Source of the DNA: Sphyrna mokarran
Lineage: Eukaryota
DNA length: 64,000 bases
Direction: 5' to 3'
Assembly: GCA_024679065.1 (NCBI GenBank)
Contig: JAGIQG010000023.1
Location: forward strand, 10,230,001-10,294,000
Below, in pieces: positions 12,939 through 25,730 of the stretch. Each line of letters opens with the position of its first letter. Position 1 is the stretch's first letter. A program made the translations under genes and the position numbers. Under the pieces are notes generated by a model. The model made no database searches. It was not told the origin of the DNA and worked only from the letters and a program-made list of their open reading frames with translations.

Positions 12939-13849
12939 GTATGTTGCTTTTATGTAAGTGTTTAAATGGCATGGCTTCTGTGTGGGTGATTAAATCCTCT
13001 TGAACAACTTCTGTGTCTACTCAGAAATAAAACTTGATTCTTTCAGTCTAGTATTTCCTGGGTAATTATCCAGGTAAGCCCCAATGAATTGTTTGAATCT
13101 CTTACCCAGAGCTGAAGATTTTCACAGAGGGACCCAGGCAGAATTGTCCATTGAAAGTTCCAATATCCCAGGCAATTCCCATGGAATTGGGTCATCTGCA
13201 GAGTTCTGACACACATCTTGGGTCGTATGTCCAGTCTCTGACAATTCGGGAGACTGGGCATCATTTTTCAATAGTTCTCATATCAGGAACCTTGGCGACA
13301 TGCTGTTGTGTTCGCTTCGTAATGAAGGTGCGAGCATTAAAAAGGGTTGATTTGATGTGAAGTCATTAGGATGCATGTTCAGGCTGCTGTGTTACTGACA
13401 GTTTTATACTTCATGCAGTGCAGAGAGCAGCTCTTTATTAAAACATGTTTTGCGTTTGCTTGAATCTATGTGTGCAAACCAAGTCTTTTCATTTTCTGTT
13501 AAAACCCACAACACCTAACATAGTTGGGACATAGAGAAAGAGCAGAAATTGTTACAATGATGATGAGGAGAAAATACCAACTAAACATCAACATGATGAA
13601 AAATCTGCTAGAAATACACAGCGGGTCACTTCTTATCTACAGAGAAAGCAGACAAAGAGAATCCTGAAGAAATGGCCAATATTGATCTGGTCAAAGGTCA
13701 CTGCTATTTGAGATTTTGCTGTGTGCAAATTGGTTGCCAATCTCCCATATAACAACAGTGACGGTTATTTAAAAGTACTTCCTAGATTGTAAAGCTCTTT
13801 AGGACATTCTAAGGGTATGAAGAGCGCTATATAATTTCAAAATCCACTT

Positions 13850-14850
13850 CCATAAACAAAGGGTCAAGAATCAATTGTGGCAGGAAACAAAAGATGATTG
13901 TTGACGTCTGTTTTGTGACTGAGTTTATTCCAATGCTTAGCGAGAGGTCCCCTACATTTTGTGGCATATATTAATGATTTAGGAATAAAGTAGAAAATAT
14001 CAACATGAAAATTACCCATGCAGTAGATAGCGAGGAAGATTGTTATTGGCTGCAAAATGATATCAATGGACTGGTTAAGTGGTCAGAAAAGTGGCAAATG
14101 GAATTGAATGCAGAGAAGTGTGAGGTGATGCATTTGAACAAGTCAAACAAAGGAAATGATTAGACAATAAATGGGAGTATACTGGGGGATGTAAAGGAAG
14201 TGAGAAACATTGGAGTGAAAGCCCACATGTTCTTGAAGATAGCAGGACAGGTCGATAAAGTGGTTAAGATGGCACATGGAATCCTTTCATTTATTAGCCA
14301 AGGTGTGGAATATAAGGTCAGAAAGATAATGCTAGAATTATATAAAATGTTAGTTAGGTCACAACTTGAGAAATGTGTGCAATTCTGGTCACCTCATGAC
14401 AGAAAGAATTTATCAGAAAGGAGGCTTACAGGGATGTTGCCAAGATTGGAAAATCACAGCCAAGAAGAAAAATTTGGTCAGCTGGGGTTGTTCTCCTTAA
14501 TTTAGGGGCAAATTGATTGAAATGTACAGCATTGTAAGGGCCTGGATAGAGTGGGCAGGAAGGAACAGTTTATTTTTTCAGAGAGGTCAGTGAGTAGGCA
14601 GCATAAATTTAAAGAAATTGGCAGAAAAATTTGAGGAGAGGTGAGGGAAAGAGTTTTCACCCAGAGGGCTGCAGTTTTCTAACAGGATGATCGAGGCAGA
14701 AACACTCAACTCATTTCAAAAATACCTGGATAATCTACAGAGCAATGGACAAAATGCTGGAGAGTGGGACTATAGTGAGGGGGCTGATTTTTAGACACAA
14801 CAGATATGATGGACCAAGTGGCCACTTTTTGCGCTGTAAAATTTCTATGA
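13850..14850 (+). mobile_element. Degenerate CR1 LINE RT fragment (paralogue ~51160-52150)
   Basis: LELYKMLVRSQLEKCVQFWSPH motif; ttctatgatt tail. Confidence 0.8.
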
Positions 14851-14894
14851 TTGTAAAGTCCAACACTGCTCATTTCCTATTCTCTGTGTCACAG

Positions 14895-14983
14895 TCTGGT
14901 TTACATTGTGCTTGGGATGCTGGGGGCCATTCTTGTGGTGTTTGCTGTTTCTCCACTTTTGTACCAGAGGCAAATCAACAAGG
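14895..14983 (+). CDS. Gene A exon: transmembrane
   Basis: gtcacag|T CTG GTT TAC..AAG G|gtgaac; LVYIVLGMLGAILVVFAVSPLLYQRQINK, with no charged TM residue. Confidence 0.88.
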
Positions 14984-16506
14984 GTGAACTTCTTTTCCTC
15001 CAGAATCAGTTTGTTATGTTACAATCACTTTCTAAAGACTAATATGCTGCAATCAACAAGCATCTCTGATTTTGAGATCCTGCACCTTCTAATATACTTG
15101 TTTTAAACATGGAAGAATATTGAAGTTGTTACTGTTGTTTGGAAATAACAAATAACCCCGCGAACTCTTGAGCAAGTGAAACTCAGCACAGGTTTAGAAT
15201 GATGGACACCATAAGACAATAAGAAAAAGGAATAGGAATGGCTTCTCTGCCATTCAATAGGATCATGTAGATTTGTTAAGACCAAGAGTGAGATTTGTTT
15301 GGCCAAGTACGCTCCAAGATTGGAAATTCCCATCCCAGGTCAACAGAGCTTTTAAATTATCCTCCAAATTCTCTGTCTCGCTTGCTACCTTTTGCAATGA
15401 AGACAGGCTGGGAAAATTCCACCCCAAGTCATTTCCTTGCTGAGCTGTGTGAGGGAAATCTTGCAATGATCTTTCAGTATGACAGCCTAGTTGCTCAAAC
15501 TCCCAAAAATCTATTGATGTCTGACTTGAATGTACTCAATGGATTCACAAATCTCTGCAACAGAGAATCCCAAAGATACAGAACCTTCTGTAACCTCATC
15601 CAAACTCAATAAAGGGGCCCAAACTGTTCTGTGGGACTGTGACAGGTTTAAAGCAGAGTTAGATAGATTCATGATTGGTGAAGGGATCGTAGATTTTTGG
15701 GAAAAGGTGGGAGAATGGGGTTGAGAAACTAATCAGCTATGATTGAATGGTGGAGCAGACTCAATAGGCTAAATGGACTAATTCTGCTCCTATATTATAT
15801 GCTCTTAAGATCTTATGGACTCCAGTCAGAAGAAATATTTTCTCATATCTGCCCTATGAAGTTAAGTAAGATTTTTAAAAAATTTTCAATAATATCATTT
15901 CATATCAGGCTGAACAGCAGAGAATATTGGCTTGGCGTGGTCCCATTGCCTCTTTATTGCACAGTCCTTCAGGAGCCGTGTGACTGGGCCATAACCAATA
16001 GAATGCAAGTGCACAAGCCTATCAGGAATCTATTGGGAGTGAGGGCATGCAGCCCTGGGGGACGGAGGCTATTGTTGAAGCCCGGGCATTCTTAGGAGTA
16101 GATCTGCATCATTGTGATGCTAAACCCTTCATTGTATAGAGTTTATCTCAATCAATAAACCCTTTAGTTTGTAACTTCACCATATCAATTCATCTCGGGT
16201 TATTACACCTAGGGTACTCACTCTGTCCTCAGAACACAATTTCCTTTTTGGAAATTAGCGCAGTGAACTGAAGGTGGATATATCCTACCTGGAGCCAAAA
16301 ACTATAAACAGCACTCAAGGCTTGGCTTCACCAATTCCTCATTTGTAACTCATCCATAACAAAAGATAAGAACCCATTTATCTTTCTTTAAATGCAAAAC
16401 AATGCAGGGTATCACATTCCCTGCAGCATATATTCAGTTGAGACACTCTAAGTATAACTACCTTTCTGATTAAAGCCTTTTCAATGTTAACATTTTCATT
16501 TTTCAG

Positions 16507-16559
16507 ATACAAATGACATTGGTCATGGAAGAGACAAAGATAATCTTTTTGACAATCAG
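16507..16559 (+). CDS. Gene A exon: cytoplasmic 1
   Basis: tttttcag|AT ACA..AAT CAG|gtgagg (phase 1/0); DTNDIGHGRDKDNLFDNQ; paralogous exon in gene B. Confidence 0.82.
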
Positions 16560-18779
16560 GTGAGGAGATTCAGTATGAATAATCTGACTAATGTCTGGAT
16601 ATTTTCAAACGTGGATGACATAGAATTTGCAGCACTGAAACAAGCCATTCAGGCCAGTTGGATCTGATGTTCAACACAAGCCTCCTCCCATCCCTCTTTA
16701 TCCAACCCGAACAGCATAAGCTTCTATTCCTTTCACTCACTTTTGCTTCTGTGGATTTGCCTTAAATGTGTTGATCCTGTTTGACTAAACTACATTTTTG
16801 ATTGGCTCCAATCTTTAATCTCATTGGATAGGCACAAAGGGAGACAGACTTTGGCTTTACCGTCAGAAATGAGATCTTGTTAATTATTTCATCCCAACTT
16901 TGGATTTGATGACATTTGTCAGTTTACGGTCTCGTCTATTCCTGTAAAGTCTCAAGTATTATTGCCAAAACAGAACAAAAATTGAGAATAAGACAAAACT
17001 ATTAAAAGTTAATGATTCCACCTGTTCGGTGGAAAGATGAGAGATTGGCCTTGCTGTAACTTCAACCATCTAGTCCCGAAGCTCTGGATTCCTCTCTGTC
17101 TAATTCATCACTTCATTATTCCTTTAAGGCAGTCCCTAAAATATCTTTGCCTTAAACCTTTGAAGGATTTTGGCCACCTTCACTAATATCTTCTTCCTTG
17201 GTTTAGTTTCTGTTTGTACCTGATGATGCTGCCATGGTTCTCGGAGCATTTTACTATGTTGAAGACTCCAAATAAATGTACTTCTTTCTATTAAATGTGG
17301 ACATTGCTAATTCTAATTCTAATTTAGGATCACTGTCGATTCTACTGTGTGATAGTAATGTGAAATTTTCTGTCATTCTGAAGGGGTTTGCATCATTGAA
17401 TGCAGTCCCTGTTCCCCTGTGAATTAATTACAGCACAGTTCACTGGGAAGCTGCTGTGAAGATGTTTCAGTGCGGTTCCCACAATTACAGATGGCCAGCA
17501 CACACAAGCTGATCAAAAGACAGAAAAAAGAACTCTGATAATCATAAGCCATAACAGCAGGCATGGATGTTTGGATGGCGTAACCGTGTCAACACACCTT
17601 GTTAGTAATTAATGATTATAATTAGACAAGCATATAGAGGCTATAACTGGTTGAGTATATTCACCTGACATAAATGAAGTTATCAGAACTATTCGCGTGA
17701 TTGGATATCAATGAGTTCTGAACAAATGTGTCCTTGTGATTGGTGTATGAGAATTATATGTAAGAATCGCCAAGTTATAATGGTGTGTGCCGTGTACCAA
17801 TACGCCACCTTGTGGGAGGCAGACCTCATTGCTAAAGGATGAATAAAAGTTGACTTAAAACCCCGAAAGTTTCATCTGGTCTGTCGAGGGTATGAGGTAC
17901 AATTTCACTGAATGGCAGCAAAATTCCATATCACATTCTGCCTTGGAAAATTTAAAATTTAAAGTTGGATTCAGCAAGCTGGGCCTCTCTTTGATTAATG
18001 ATCCGATTGAGATCTTCAAGATTCAGTTAGAGATAACGAAGATGTTTCCACTTGCAAGCAGTGACCAGAAATCGTGGATAGTCATTAATAACATGGAAGC
18101 AGTGGGGTAATGGTATTGTCATTGGATGAGGAATCCAGAGATCCAGGGTCATCATCTCGTGACCTCAGTTCAAATCCCATCACAGCAGAACTCAATAAAA
18201 ATCTGGAATTAAATGTCTAATGAGGACCACAAAACTATTGTTGATCGCTGTAAGAACCCATTCACTAATGTCCTTTAGGGACATTCCCCTTTGGAAATCT
18301 GCTGCCTTTACCTGGTCTGGTCTACATGCTGTTCATAATTGCCCCCTGAAATGGCCGAGCAAACCATTCAGTCCAATTGTGGATGGGCAACAAATGTTGA
18401 CCAGCCAGTGATGCCCACGTTCCACGTGTGAATAAAGAGGTTCATCCAATAGTGAATCCAAGAGAAACTTCTTTACCAGAGTGTTCAGAATGTGGAATTT
18501 TCTACCACAGGGAACAGTTGAGGCAAATAGCTGAAATACATTATAACAGAAGCTGAATAAGCACATGGGAAGGAAAGGATTTGAATGTTATTTTGATGAG
18601 ATTAACTGGACAGGTTTGTGTGGAGTTGGGACAAATGACATGTTTCACCGCTGGAGATAGATTATTGAATGTTGCAATCGCGTGTAAACTGATTTTCAAT
18701 AATATAAAAATCAATTTCTTCATAAATCACCATTCAAGTTAAATGGAAATAAATGGTATCTTTATTTTCTATATTACAG

Positions 18780-18893
18780 CAATTGGAAGTTGTAGAAGAG
18801 AACATTGTGTACATCAGTATAAAGCGAAATCGAGGAAGCTTTGCAAAAACATACAGAAAGCAAACTGTCCGCTTCACTAACAATGAGGATTGA
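18780..18893 (+). CDS. Gene A last coding exon: ITIM IVYISI, premature TGA (ancestral frame ran to 19055)
   Basis: ttacag|CAA TTG..; QLEVVEENIVYISIKRNRGSFAKTYRKQTVRFTNNED*VTYAAL..C*..AIYTNITH*; colinear with the last exon of gene B. Confidence 0.85.
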   Translation, partial: QLEVVEENIVYISIKRNRGSFAKTYRKQTVRFTNNED

Positions 18894-19321
18894 GTCACAT
18901 ATGCAGCACTACAGATTCAAAAGTCTGAAGAGTTAAGATGTTGATACACTCGGTTAACAATGAAGATGTGTCAATGTTCAATGATAGCTCTCAAAGAACA
19001 ACGTACAAACTTTAATGAATCTGAAATGGCAATATATACTAACATAACTCATTAGGAAAAGTATTCATGAAGAGCATGTGATGAATATTATTCCTTCTTA
19101 CTTTGCAATTAAATTTCATCTGCAATGAACTGTCTACAGACTTTGTCAATTTGTCTGTACTCTCTGAGTCATTCCCTCCAGTTTAAGTGCCACTTCCTAT
19201 TTGGTATCATTGTCATTTTTAATCAGGAAACAATGACCATCTGGTTATTGATATAAATGAGAAATAGCAAATTAAAATAAATTACCAATGAAGCTTTATA
19301 TTTAAGTTATTTTCATAAAAC

Positions 19322-19750
19322 TGTTGTGGGGCTGTTTTTGCTCAACACTTTGTCTTGCTGGAGACTTTGTTCCCTTCAAGTAGCTAGACTAGGATTTGGG
19401 GTTTTAAATTAGCTATTTATTAGTAGCTATAGTAAGAGCCCGAGCGTGCCAGATAGAGGTAAGTCAGAGCTCTGAATATACAAACAAATATACTTTCAGG
19501 TTTGATTACAAGTAATTAAGCATACCAATCAGAAGTATGCATTTCTTTAGGAATAATCTCTGTCCAGTCACAATTATTGATTCAGATTACATCATGCATG
19601 AGATACAAATGTTAAAACCCAGTCACAGACTCTGCACACCTGCTTAATTACAACATCCAATCAGTGTAAAAGTTTGCATATGCTAGGTTATCCTTGCACA
19701 TTGTCCTTAACACCCAGTTTATAACTATATTTGTGGATATCAATTATTTC
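19322..19750 (-). mobile_element. Possible solo-LTR fragment
   Basis: TG start, tttatt (reverse polyA signal) and repeated CCAATCAG boxes; boundaries uncertain. Confidence 0.35.
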
Positions 19751-20194
19751 TCCTACATCCATATGTTTGACTTAATAAATTCTCTCAGACAATGCATGGG
19801 ATTTTCTGACTGTGCTCACCTTGAAATTGGAAAATCCCACCCAAATTGGACAGACCTTTCCATGGTCCAACCCTTGTTCACTACAATTCCTGTGACAGGC
19901 AGAATGGGAAAATTTGCCTCTATGAGTCTTTGATAAATAAACAAACCTAGACTCTAGAGTCGTCTCCCTCAATGCAAACTGGTGTAGTTTTTTGATTAAA
20001 TATGCCTAACAGAATTTCAAGATTTTATGGACCAGATTTCATCATCTGGACGACTGAGCCTTCATGACATAACTTCCTGCTGCCTTCTTCCTCTTTTAAA
20101 TTTCTTCTAGAATGTATATTCAAGTCTTTTTTCAGTGTGAGACACAGGAGTTGCATGACTGACAAAAAGCACTCATCTGATCTCCAACAGAGCA

Positions 20195-20231
20195 ATGTGG
20201 ATTTTGATTCTCTTCATTTGCTCTCTGCCTG
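20195..20231 (+). other. Orphan signal-peptide (leader) exon of the same receptor family
   Basis: ATG TGG ATT TTG ATT CTC TTC ATT TGC TCT CTG CCT G|gtgagt = MWILILFICSLP; paralogous to 39050-39086, including the start of the intron. Confidence 0.8.
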
Positions 20232-21449
20232 GTGAGTAACAGCCAGAGCTGGACAGTCAGATAATGAATGTTAGTTTAACTCTAGCCTACAGCTTAGACA
20301 GCAAAGATGTTTAAGTATTTGGAGATGTGTAAAGGCACAAAAAACAATTTTGTGGTGCAGCAGGTAGAGTCTCTGTATCTGAGCCAGAAGCTCCACATTT
20401 GAGTCCTGCTTCTGCTATTGATGGGAATGGAAGGCAGGTTTTAACAAAGCCAAACAGTTTGATTGTCATCCTGAAAACTGTTCCAATAAGCTGAAAGCGG
20501 GTAGTAAGAAAGGGAGATACTCAGTCAGCAATGTCTTGATGTGGAGTGCTGTCCCTCATGCTATAGTCTCTAACTTCAGGCTTGTGACCAGATCCAGGAA
20601 GCACAAGCTATTGGGAACAGACACACACACATTTGCTTTGTCTGCCCCATGTGTCTCCGGATTCAGGAAATCTCCTAAGTTTAATAGCAAAAATACTTAG
20701 CAAAAACAAATGAATAATACTTACGACGTAATGTATCTCCTCATCAATGTATTAGCACAACATTGATGCATTCAGCAAATAAAGTAAACTGCATTATTAA
20801 TTGTGGATGGGAAATTAAGGATAATTTAATTTTTAAAAATCTAGTCAAGTTAGATTTTTAAAATGGAAGCTGCATTTAACTGGTAATTGTTTGAAATTGT
20901 GGGGGGAGGATTTACACTCTCACTTGTCCTGAAATTATAAAATCCTGCCCAATGTCAATGGAGCTTCTCACTGTCTGCCCGTCGCCCGCTCCGATTCCCA
21001 TGTCGGGTGGGGCGGTAAAATTCCGATTATCTGCTGTGCAATCCACACTGAAATCTACAGTGATAATAATCCTGCAAATAGAACATGTCCTCTCGTTTAC
21101 AACAGTTTCAGTTGTTTAACGTACATTTGATGAGATATGATTTTACGAGATTCTGTCAGAGACAATGTTTCTCTATAGTAAACAATTGGTTCGTACTAAT
21201 GTTCCCATTCTTTTTCTTTCAATTCATTAACTTTATTAAACTAGATTTCACTTTTCACTCTGCCCATTTTAACATTATCTAATACTTCACTGCAATGGAG
21301 TTCTTGATCAATATTATCAACTTTACACCATCTACAACAGATCTATTTTCTTATCAGCAATGACAAACTCTGAGTCCCACTTTCTTTTGAGTTTCTCTAA
21401 GGAAATAATTCAAAGTTCCTTATTTTATTTTAAACTTTGCACATCTTAC

Positions 21450-22830
21450 CAGAATGTTTCCTGAAACTTGACCATGAATACCATTGGAAACTGATCACAG
21501 CGTTTGATGTAGTTACACATAAACAACTCCCAAATAACACACCAAGTGTCAATTGATGTCTCACTGGACAGGTCACGATTTGTTTCAATCTTCTCTGACC
21601 TTTTTCAACACAACTTGTTCAAAATTACATTAGCAAATTACATTTTAATTTGTATTAGATCTCTGGTAAAAGTTCATAGATCATCTGTAATATTAAAAGA
21701 AACATCCTCTCTCTTATGTGTATCAATGAATTTCAAACAGCCTGTTCCAGCTGGTTCTTGAGGCTTAAAGCAAAAATCAATGTTAGTAATATTTCTTATT
21801 AATGTACAATAGTGATATTTCTTCAGTCAGGAGGTAATGCAATATTCTCCCCTACTCTTAAGAGCCACTCTTGTAATATTTGTGTCAAGATTTCTATTCT
21901 GCAACTTAAATTCACATCTATTTTAAAACCACATAAAGCCTCTTTGTTAGAATATATGGGATTAGGACACAATTATTTCATCTGTTTGTTGACATTTATT
22001 CAGATTAGTATCGACTAATCCATCCCTCTTCTCAACGGCTTATGGGAAGCTACCATGACACCCTATCCACATTTTCAATAATTCCTACAAACTCTACTTC
22101 AGAAAACTCTAAACCTACTTCATCTATTGGAATTTTTGGAATCCCCTACATCATTCCTTGAGCTTTTCCTCTACAATTGTTCTCAAGCCAAACCCCCTCG
22201 GCTGTTAAAATTGACAACCCAATATATTCGGATGTCTCTCTCCAAGAATCAAATATTCTAACTGTTCATTGCAAATCCGAGATGGAACCTTTCCCTGGTT
22301 AACTTTTTTAAAGATTCTACAGAAGATGTTTTAACATCCAATACCATCATCTGTTAGTTTTCTCTCAATGCATTGATTTATAGTTTGAGAATGTCTTTCT
22401 GATATTGTAACCATATAGTTATCAATTCGATTTTAAATTAACTCCCCTTTAGTGTTCAATTGGTCATTAGCATTTATGTTAGTTAAAGTGTGTTTGATCT
22501 TTTGTGTTAAAATTCTTAGTTTATTATCAAAATTGATTAGATCAAATGTTTTAACACTCGAAATGCTCACGCTGCAGGCTATTGCTAAGTCAATGAACGA
22601 TTCGCTATTTTGCTGACTATTTGATTGTAAATTTATTTCCCTTTCACTATTCCCTGTCTCTTGTTCTAACAACTTCAGAGTCAAAATGTAAACAGATCCC
22701 CAATTAGGAAAAGACACCATTCTGTTTGTTGAATCCCAGTTATAACAAACACTCCAGGTATTAATTTATGATGGACATTATTGTATAGAATTTTACCAGC
22801 TTCCTCCATAACCAAACCATTTTGTGATCC
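21450..22830 (-). pseudogene. env: ERV env fusion-protein remnant
   Basis: NGLVMEEAGKILYNN.., hydrophobic FIDLAIACSVSISSV followed by a heptad-like helix, then Cys-rich NKCQQTDEII(V)CP..ALCGF..LSC..RGEYCITS..DFC; lies downstream of integrase. Confidence 0.7.
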
Positions 22831-23035
22831 TGAGGTTACTTTAGGACTAGTATCCACACTGGATGTAGGTATTGTTGTCAGAGCTACGCTAGGTTTAGGA
22901 GTGGTAGGTTTAGTTCCTCTCTTTATGTGATCAAAAACATTATAATCATCTTCTTTAAGCGATTCCCTATGAATATCCAATGTTCATCATCATAAGAAAA
23001 CACCCCAAATTATTTGGTTTATAGCTACTTGCAAA

Positions 23036-23345
23036 GTGGCACAGTGTTTAGCACTGCTGACCCAGAGTGCAAGAGACCTGGGTTCAATTCCCAGCTTACG
23101 TCACTATGCGGATGTTTCATGTTCCCCCCAGTGTCTGCATGGCTTTCCTCTGGGTGCTTCAGTTTCCTCCCACAGTCCAAAGATGTTCAGGCTAGATGGG
23201 TTGGCCAATCTAAATTGCCTCAGCATCAGGGGGAGGAACTGGGGTGAATGCAGGGGTTGAGGGAAGAGGGCTTGTGTAGAATGTGGTCGATGCAGACTCG
23301 ATAGGCCGAACGGCCTCCTTCTGCAATACAGGAATTCTGTGATAT
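23036..23345 (+). mobile_element. HE1-like tRNA SINE inserted in ERV env
   Basis: GTGGCACAGTG..GGTTCAATTCC A/B boxes; CR1-like tail. Confidence 0.8.
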
Positions 23346-25184
23346 CCCGCCTGTTTTGAGGAAAACAGGGTTTACATACAATCTCAAGCAAGGTGGAGCT
23401 GGCAAGATAAAACAACTTTAATCTGGGTCAGATTGGATTTGAATCATGTCACGATGAGCTACTGGCATTATGGCAAACTACCACCATGCCAGCAGCTTTA
23501 AACAGGGTAATTTGGGGTATTTCTTATGATGATGAACATTGGGATATCCACAGGAAATCGCATTCGGATGTCTCTCTCCATGAATCAAATATTCTAACTA
23601 TTCATTGCTAATCTAAGATGGAATCTTTCCCTGGTTAACTTGTTTAAGATTCTACAAAAGGGAAGTAAATTTACAATGAAATAGTCAGCAAAATAGCAAT
23701 AGAGCTGTTTTACCATTTGACAAAGGAATTTCCCATATATTGATATTCTCACCCAAATATTACCAACACATCAAATTCAACCCATAAATGCCCATTTTCA
23801 AAATGTCCCACTCTCTGTGGAGTAAAGCATCGATCTTCTAGCTGGTCTTCAGCAGATTTATCACAAAACACCACCTCCCATGATAATGCATTGATCACTA
23901 ATCCAAAGAGAATGATTTCCATAAAGAACTCTATCTAAAAACACCCTATAATAGAATCAAGATCATACCTACTATTTTGTACAGTCTACAACCAGTTTCT
24001 TATTTGAACTATTTTCATTTCCAAAAATGGTTGATTTACAATATTTACCAAATAATGAAGATATTATTGTTTATGGAGGATTGCTTGATATTTACGAAGA
24101 ATTTGATTAGGATGATAACATCTCTAGTGAGGCTGTAAGATTTTCCCGAGAAAACTAAAAGCTGAATGCTCGATGCCAGAACAAACAGAATGAAAATGAG
24201 CTCTTGGGCATCAGAAGTGATCAATCCCGATGAACAGGAATCATCTCATTATTGGAACTTGCCCAACTACATTATTCTTCACCCGATTTCCCTCGTCTTG
24301 AATTTTTACAATCTGAACACCTGTTAGTTCATTACTTGTCCTCTTGTTCACATCGGGGAATCTAACTAACAATTTTGCTCATCTTGTACCAAAGCGAGCT
24401 TCACTGATCCCTATGACAGGGTTGATGCAATATCAGACTGTCTGTCTGACTATCTGATTATCTATCTGCAAAGTCCACACTGATGAAGAATCAGATGGAG
24501 AAGAACCAAACCAAAAAGAACAGCAATGAGCATACATGCCACATGTTTTCAACATAACATAATACTGATGTGTATGTTGAAAACGTGTATTACACTGAGT
24601 ACTATATACTTTCATTTGATTTCCATAATTCCAACCAGTCTTCCAAGAGTCCATTAACACCTTGTACAGAGATGGACTCACTTTATCCACAATGGAATGG
24701 AGTCCAGAATCTCTAGGAGAGACAAATCTGTTGTCCCACCTTATTCACCATTGGGTTCACTTTACCATCAAAATAAGCCTTACTCTGCTTCCTTCTATGT
24801 CCCATTTTAACAGTGGCTGATATCTGGATAGTTTGAACATTGTACACCAAGTGCTACACAATTCTCTCATGACTAAGGGCAATTATTTCAGATTCAGAAA
24901 AGTTCAATCCTAAAAGAAGTTCAGTTCTCCTCATGGGATGTGTAGTCATTAAAACATGTGGAGTAAATGCATTTGAATTTGACACTGAATTTTATGCTAT
25001 TATCAGAACAAAGGGTAATAGTATGTTCCATGTGGAATGATTTTGCTCTACACTTTTCCGAATCAGGGTTCATCCTTTCTACTACCCCACTCGATTGAGG
25101 TTGATAGGCAATGTGGAACTTTTGGTTGATCCAAAGTAAGGTCATGACATCCTACATGACTTGAGCAGTAGCTCACCAATGCCT

Positions 25185-25730
25185 CTACTTTCTTAGATGG
25201 CTAAGGAAATTTGGCACTTCTCCAAGATTCTCACCAACTTTTACAGATGCACCATAGAAAGCAGTTGTTCTGGTTGTTTTGCAGCTTGGCATAGGTTCTG
25301 CTCTTCCCAAGACTGCAAGAAAGTACAAAAGGTTGCGAATGTAGCTCAATCTATCACATAAACCAGCCTCCCATTCATTGACTCTGTCTACACGTTCCAC
25401 TGCCTCGGCAAAGCAGTCAGCATAATTAAGGATATCACACATTCTGGACATCCTCTCTTCCATCTTCTTCCACCGGGAAAAAGATACAAAATTCTGAGGT
25501 CATGTACCAACCCACTGAAGAACATTTTCCTTGCTGCCATCAGATTTTGCATGGACTTACCTCACATTCAGTTGATCTTTCTCTACACCCTAGCTATGAT
25601 TGTAAAGCTACATTTCTTGTCTCATTTCCTTCTCTATAAATGTATGCTTTGTCTGTATACCACGCAAGACACCCAATACTTTTTACCCTATATTAATACG
25701 TGACAAAAATAAATCAAATCAAATCAAATA
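25185..25730 (+). mobile_element. Non-LTR retrotransposon 3' fragment (Rex/Babar- or L2-like) inside the ERV integrase
   Basis: Typical 3' ORF2 remnant ending in aataaa(tcaaa)3. Confidence 0.65.

Larger units (their letters stand above)
1..19240 (+). repeat. Tandem segmental duplication, copy A
   Basis: Introns, exons and embedded repeats are colinear with about 40243-56728. Confidence 0.9.

Noticed and set aside
13490-13630. Possible stalk exon
   Set aside because: No AG acceptor and the 3' part resembles a common repeat; 12860-12938 fits the phase requirement exactly.
18891-18944. Programmed readthrough or selenocysteine at the TGA in gene A's tail
   Set aside because: A second in-frame TGA follows, consistent with CGA deamination; the context is not TGA-CTA and I recognise no SECIS.
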